From assembly GCA_965222115.1 (NCBI GenBank), contig CBDCTJ010000003.1, positions 480,001-544,000 on the forward strand: DNA of 64,000 nucleotides. Reading direction: 5' to 3'. The first letter of the stretch is position 1. Every line of letters starts with the position of its first letter. Under the pieces are notes generated by a model. That model did no database searches. It was not told the DNA's origin and saw nothing but the letters and a program-made list of their open reading frames with translations. The DNA comes from Planctomycetota bacterium (GTDB lineage: Bacteria; Planctomycetota; PLA2; JAEUHO01). Positions 61,401 to 64,000 of the stretch are shown here, piece after piece. The position numbers and the translations under genes were made by a program.

Positions 61401-62029
61401 CTGTGAATCATCCCCTCGCGTTACCGGCGAAACAAGGCGGGTCCATTGAACTCACAAAGCCGCGCGACGGCGTGCGACTTGCGCTCGACGCGTCGCCAGT
61501 AATCCGATTCCGATTGACGCCCGAGTCACGGCCGGTCCACTCAAACACGCTGGGCGTAATGATCTTTGATGGCAAGTTGACCGAAAAGCCCCTGCGAAGC
61601 ACGCGAGTAAATGTACATCGCGATTCGACCCTACAAGTCGGAGGCATTGGCCCCGGAACCTATACGGTTGTCATCAATTCTGACGGACGAGCGCCCAAGA
61701 TCATCGAGAACGTTCGTATCGCTGGAAGCGACGTAGACCTTGGCGAACTTAGCACCGAACGAGGATCGTCGATACGAGTACGCATTCGCACCAAGTCCGG
61801 CACGAAACCACCGACACTCCAGGGAATGGCAACGGCGACGTCTCCATTTCGCTACATTCGGATGGCACAAACAACCGGAGAAGCCGAACTCGTGATCCCC
61901 GGCCTCCTTAAGGGCAAAGTACATCTGATCGTGCAACGATTCACCGGCTCGACCAGCACGACGCCCGAACTCGAGACTACAGTCGAAGTCAATGGCAAGG
62001 ATGATGTGACCGTAGACCTGGAGCTGTAG
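58421..62029 (+). CDS. ECF sigma factor fused to TM and carboxypeptidase-regulatory-like repeats (1202 aa)
   Basis: ADDVVQDTW..LRGWL; LREPYRSTLIVRYF..TVKSRLYRGL; TM; GRVVDERRKPLEGA repeats. Confidence 0.9.
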   Translation: MPNPNQPQPAHAILQEHAAGIRALALRLLRDPGLADDVVQDTWLAATESPPNNRDNLRGWLYAVSKNLASKRMRSESRRTARERYVAKGERIPSTLELAERMETKRRLLDALDGLREPYRSTLIVRYFDDRKPREIAAAQNVSVATVKSRLYRGLLELRDALDDSHDGDRRAWALPLVSMAATRSVGSTGITALLGGILTKKTTATVVVLTLLTGGAWVLLQDVTKHSSKTLAAEDPLHAPPLPIHTDEGLEVEAPKTETPVLKPQPRKSLSPRGPATANVPERRAGELVAIGRVVDERRKPLEGAIVTFHTVSGLGEKKSYTDAATTARDGTFAVGGIGPHSGNTRLLATIRHGQRRAFGGALVREASSTQVDLGTIVLLPMRALHVHVVDPMGAPVEGAAIYVESIARWMGGLTLARAVTASGTSNDEGAWSTGNLAVGGYRIVASKPGYGRGTQAWRSGEPGEVRVTLGKERTLTVRVHDQRTDQPIVGASVRVGETYEWMNTFSVSPYVPPMGSLVTNEKGEVVLSGLHADDSLYVSATANGYPRIPLPRHPVAVPRDAAETTIRLYTPRTVRWKISTTKGVPPPPDGTMLRLTRTQGRRELAMPTSARIEGGMIVVEGCIAMPLGFTVVAPNGSYAELFVMGTRHEGGVVHFRRPNTVRLKAKTPDGKPAVGIYLSMRTGGNMVYAPPAKTDENGHVVFDGLPHWHQVHVFAGLIDNSYASHSVGTIDLSDGETEREIFVPPLVNIHVRPSVDGAPRIPNDYFVFVDDKPTEVHIEDAKNHSIMVRAFVPKQTRGSLSMRVKELACDPVSFELPEDDSPLALSVQLSSTNSVTVRVLPPKDGKMRIRARMPRADQSPPFNWQRPRAFRAEPDGRDGPYVLYRYSGIPSGAFQVGDELSGAATKVIDIKSGMNSNVITLDLSHVGEVRGSITAPPGRHVGLASIEASGENLLWEGHRPSGHSFVYENSRLVAQDGTFSIRIPGDRKVRLSVNHPLALPAKQGGSIELTKPRDGVRLALDASPVIRFRLTPESRPVHSNTLGVMIFDGKLTEKPLRSTRVNVHRDSTLQVGGIGPGTYTVVINSDGRAPKIIENVRIAGSDVDLGELSTERGSSIRVRIRTKSGTKPPTLQGMATATSPFRYIRMAQTTGEAELVIPGLLKGKVHLIVQRFTGSTSTTPELETTVEVNGKDDVTVDLEL

Positions 62030-62043
62030 CTATAGCCCCACGA

Positions 62044-62074
62044 TGCGCCACAAAAGCCAGGCTTTTGTGGCGCA
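62044..62074. terminator. Perfect hairpin between convergent genes (probable bidirectional terminator)
   Basis: TGCGCCACAAAAGC-CAG-GCTTTTGTGGCGCA, 14-bp stem; no flanking U-tract. Confidence 0.6.
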
Positions 62075-62105
62075 CGAAACGCGGCGAGTAGGCGGTACGT
62101 TTCTC

Positions 62106-62561
62106 TCAGCGCTGGCAACACTTCTTATATTTCTTGCCGCTTCCGCAGGGGCACGGGTGGTTGCGGCCGATGCGGGACCCCGGATTGACGATTGGCTTGG
62201 TGGTGCCGGACGCGGCCTCGAGATACGCAGGGCGCAGCGCTCGAGTCACGCGGGCGAGATCGTGACCTCCGGCGAGGCGTCCGTGGTCTTGCATGGTGGC
62301 CAGGAATGAAGCGCAGAGTGCGGGTGCGTGGCTTCGAATGGACGCGGGCAAGGCGAGTTTGGCGACGCCATCGAGCATGCCCGGCTTCATGTCTTGTGGT
62401 TCAAGGTCATCGGGATTCACGTCGCGCGCACTGCAAGCCGCTTCGACAAAACGGACGAGTACTTCAGGTGCGAACTCGCGAATCGAAGCGTGCGTATCTC
62501 GAAACGCCGTAGAAGAAACAAAGTCCCCCACCCAGTGTTCGATGGTCTCGCGGCGACTCAT
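62106..62561 (-). CDS. SEC-C motif domain protein
   Basis: [19 protein letters not shown]. Confidence 0.9.
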   Translation of the reverse strand: MSRRETIEHWVGDFVSSTAFRDTHASIREFAPEVLVRFVEAACSARDVNPDDLEPQDMKPGMLDGVAKLALPASIRSHAPALCASFLATMQDHGRLAGGHDLARVTRALRPAYLEAASGTTKPIVNPGSRIGRNHPCPCGSGKKYKKCCQR

Positions 62562-63241
62562 GAATTCGGGTCCGTTTGCAAACGCTTCGGTGCTTGATCG
62601 AGTGTGGGCAGGAGTACATCCATCGATCGAATGACCTCGGCGCCGAGGGCGATGAACGGCGCCGGATCACCGTTGGGCACATAGGCAATCGCGCGCATCC
62701 CAGCTGCTCGGGCCGCGCGAATGCCATTGCTGGAGTCTTCAATGACCGCACAGCCCTCGGGCGTCGCTCCCATTTCGCGGGCCGCATGGAGAAAGAGATC
62801 GGGCTTGGGCTTAAAGGCATCGATGTCATAGGCGGAGTAGATGCGATCCCCGAAATGGTCGAGCAGACCGATCTTTCCAAGCGTCGTGGCCATCTTTGCA
62901 CGCGGACCATTGCTCGCGACACAGCATCGATAGGGCAGTTCGTTTAGTACGTCCTTGATGCCGGGCACCGGTTCAACGTGTTCATCGAGTGCACGGAACA
63001 GCGCTGAGCGAAAATCATTGGTGAACGTGTCGGGCACGGCGTGACCCAACCTCGATTCAATCTCGTTCACCACCATGCCCCAGTGCCCCCCTCGAAAGAG
63101 ATGCATGGCTTCGCTGAGCTCAAGCGTGAGCCCCAAGGGTCGGCACACGTCGATCAGCGTTTGCATCGTGATCGTCTCGCTGTCGACGAGCACGCCGTCG
63201 CAATCGAAGATCACGAGTTCGAGAAAGTCGTTGTTGGCCAT
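62558..63241 (-). CDS. HAD-IA family hydrolase (YieH-like)
   Basis: [27 protein letters not shown]. Confidence 0.93.
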   Translation of the reverse strand: MANNDFLELVIFDCDGVLVDSETITMQTLIDVCRPLGLTLELSEAMHLFRGGHWGMVVNEIESRLGHAVPDTFTNDFRSALFRALDEHVEPVPGIKDVLNELPYRCCVASNGPRAKMATTLGKIGLLDHFGDRIYSAYDIDAFKPKPDLFLHAAREMGATPEGCAVIEDSSNGIRAARAAGMRAIAYVPNGDPAPFIALGAEVIRSMDVLLPTLDQAPKRLQTDPNS

Positions 63242-63313
63242 GACGGCATTGTGCGTGCGCTTGGGCAATGCGAGCGAGAAAGTTGGGCGTGGCGCGTTGC
63301 TTTTGGACCCAGC

Positions 63314-63715
63314 CTATTCGTTGGGACCGTCATCTACCACGGCATCCGCCTCAATCTCTATCAGCATCTGCGGATCGATCAGGGCCTTCACTTCTACCAT
63401 GGTCGTTGCGGGCGGGTGATCCGCAAACACCTCGCGATGCGCACGGCCAATGCTCTCCCACAGTGAAATGTCCGTAACGAACAGACGCGTGCGTACGACG
63501 CTTTCGATGTCCGCACCCACATCTGCCAGGGCCTTTCGGATAATCTCCAAACATCGCTGCGTCTGCGCGTGCGCGTCGCCGGGCGCAAACACGCTTCCAT
63601 CCTCAGCCACGGGCGCCGTTCCAGTCACAAATACCTGCGCGCCAACGCGCACTGCGCGACAGTAACCGACCTTCGATTCCCATGGTGCACCACTGTATGC
63701 GCGCCGGACTGTCAT
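63314..63715 (-). CDS. RidA/YjgF family protein
   Basis: WESKVGYCRAVRVG, VVRTR, PATTMVEV..LIEIEADA. Confidence 0.93.
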   Translation of the reverse strand: MTVRRAYSGAPWESKVGYCRAVRVGAQVFVTGTAPVAEDGSVFAPGDAHAQTQRCLEIIRKALADVGADIESVVRTRLFVTDISLWESIGRAHREVFADHPPATTMVEVKALIDPQMLIEIEADAVVDDGPNE

Positions 63716-64000
63716 GAGCCGCCTCCTTGCATTGCCTTGGGATTGTGGGAGATCGCATTTTGGATTACGCTACGAATAAATACGGACTTGGCCTCGGTGT
63801 ATGCCTCTCGGTCATCGAAATGAATACGGGCGAGACTACGTTTGAGCATTGCATACCCATCACGATCCTTGGGATGCCGGCGAAGCCAGTCTCGAAACGT
63901 CACGTGCTCCACAAGCGGCACACTACCGTCCACGCACACGTAGAGATGGTGGTGCCTCCACCAACGCGAGGGCGAAGTGATCGGCACACAACGAGTCCGG
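63712..64000 (-). CDS. GrpB family protein, partial (5' end beyond window)
   Basis: HHLYVC..FRDWLR.H....Y..LK..LA..DREAYTEAKS.FI. Confidence 0.88.
   Translation of the reverse strand, partial: RTRCVPITSPSRWWRHHHLYVCVDGSVPLVEHVTFRDWLRRHPKDRDGYAMLKRSLARIHFDDREAYTEAKSVFIRSVIQNAISHNPKAMQGGGS

Noticed and set aside
18-63823. Numerous overlapping Arg/Ser/Pro-rich ORFs in the six-frame track
   Set aside because: Shadow ORFs of GC-rich genes on the opposite strand or frame, without motifs.

Overview
GC-rich bacterial window whose gene content points to an uncultured Planctomycetota-like genome (ECF sigma factors fused to TM plus carboxypeptidase-regulatory-like repeats, planctomycete-type ECF, many HEAT-repeat and lipoprotein genes); taxonomy is inferred. 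Most of it is a mosaic of unlinked secreted or membrane protein genes, a NitT/TauT ABC operon, fetAB and an RND pump. Two parts stand out. (1) At about 2.0-9.6 kb, three homologous non-coding elements of about 320-510 bp, bounded by a ~29-bp inverted repeat (ATACGGTGTACGGGCAAAATCCACAC..GTGTGGATTTTGCCCGTACACCGTAT), alternate with cargo segments. The cargo is a truncated ABC operon fragment, a pPIWI-associated-nuclease-like protein, a sensor-DAC diadenylate cyclase and a permuted papain-like protein. The first element joins two truncated genes. An intact IS110/IS1111-group element has inserted exactly into one repeat end, and its 3' non-coding region contains a copy of its own terminus (candidate bridge/seekRNA). 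(2) At 22670-23758 two ORFs are in frame across a single UGA in a W-U-P-G thioredoxin-like context followed by a SECIS-like hairpin, a likely unannotated selenoprotein. All family assignments come from motif recognition by eye; no database search was run.
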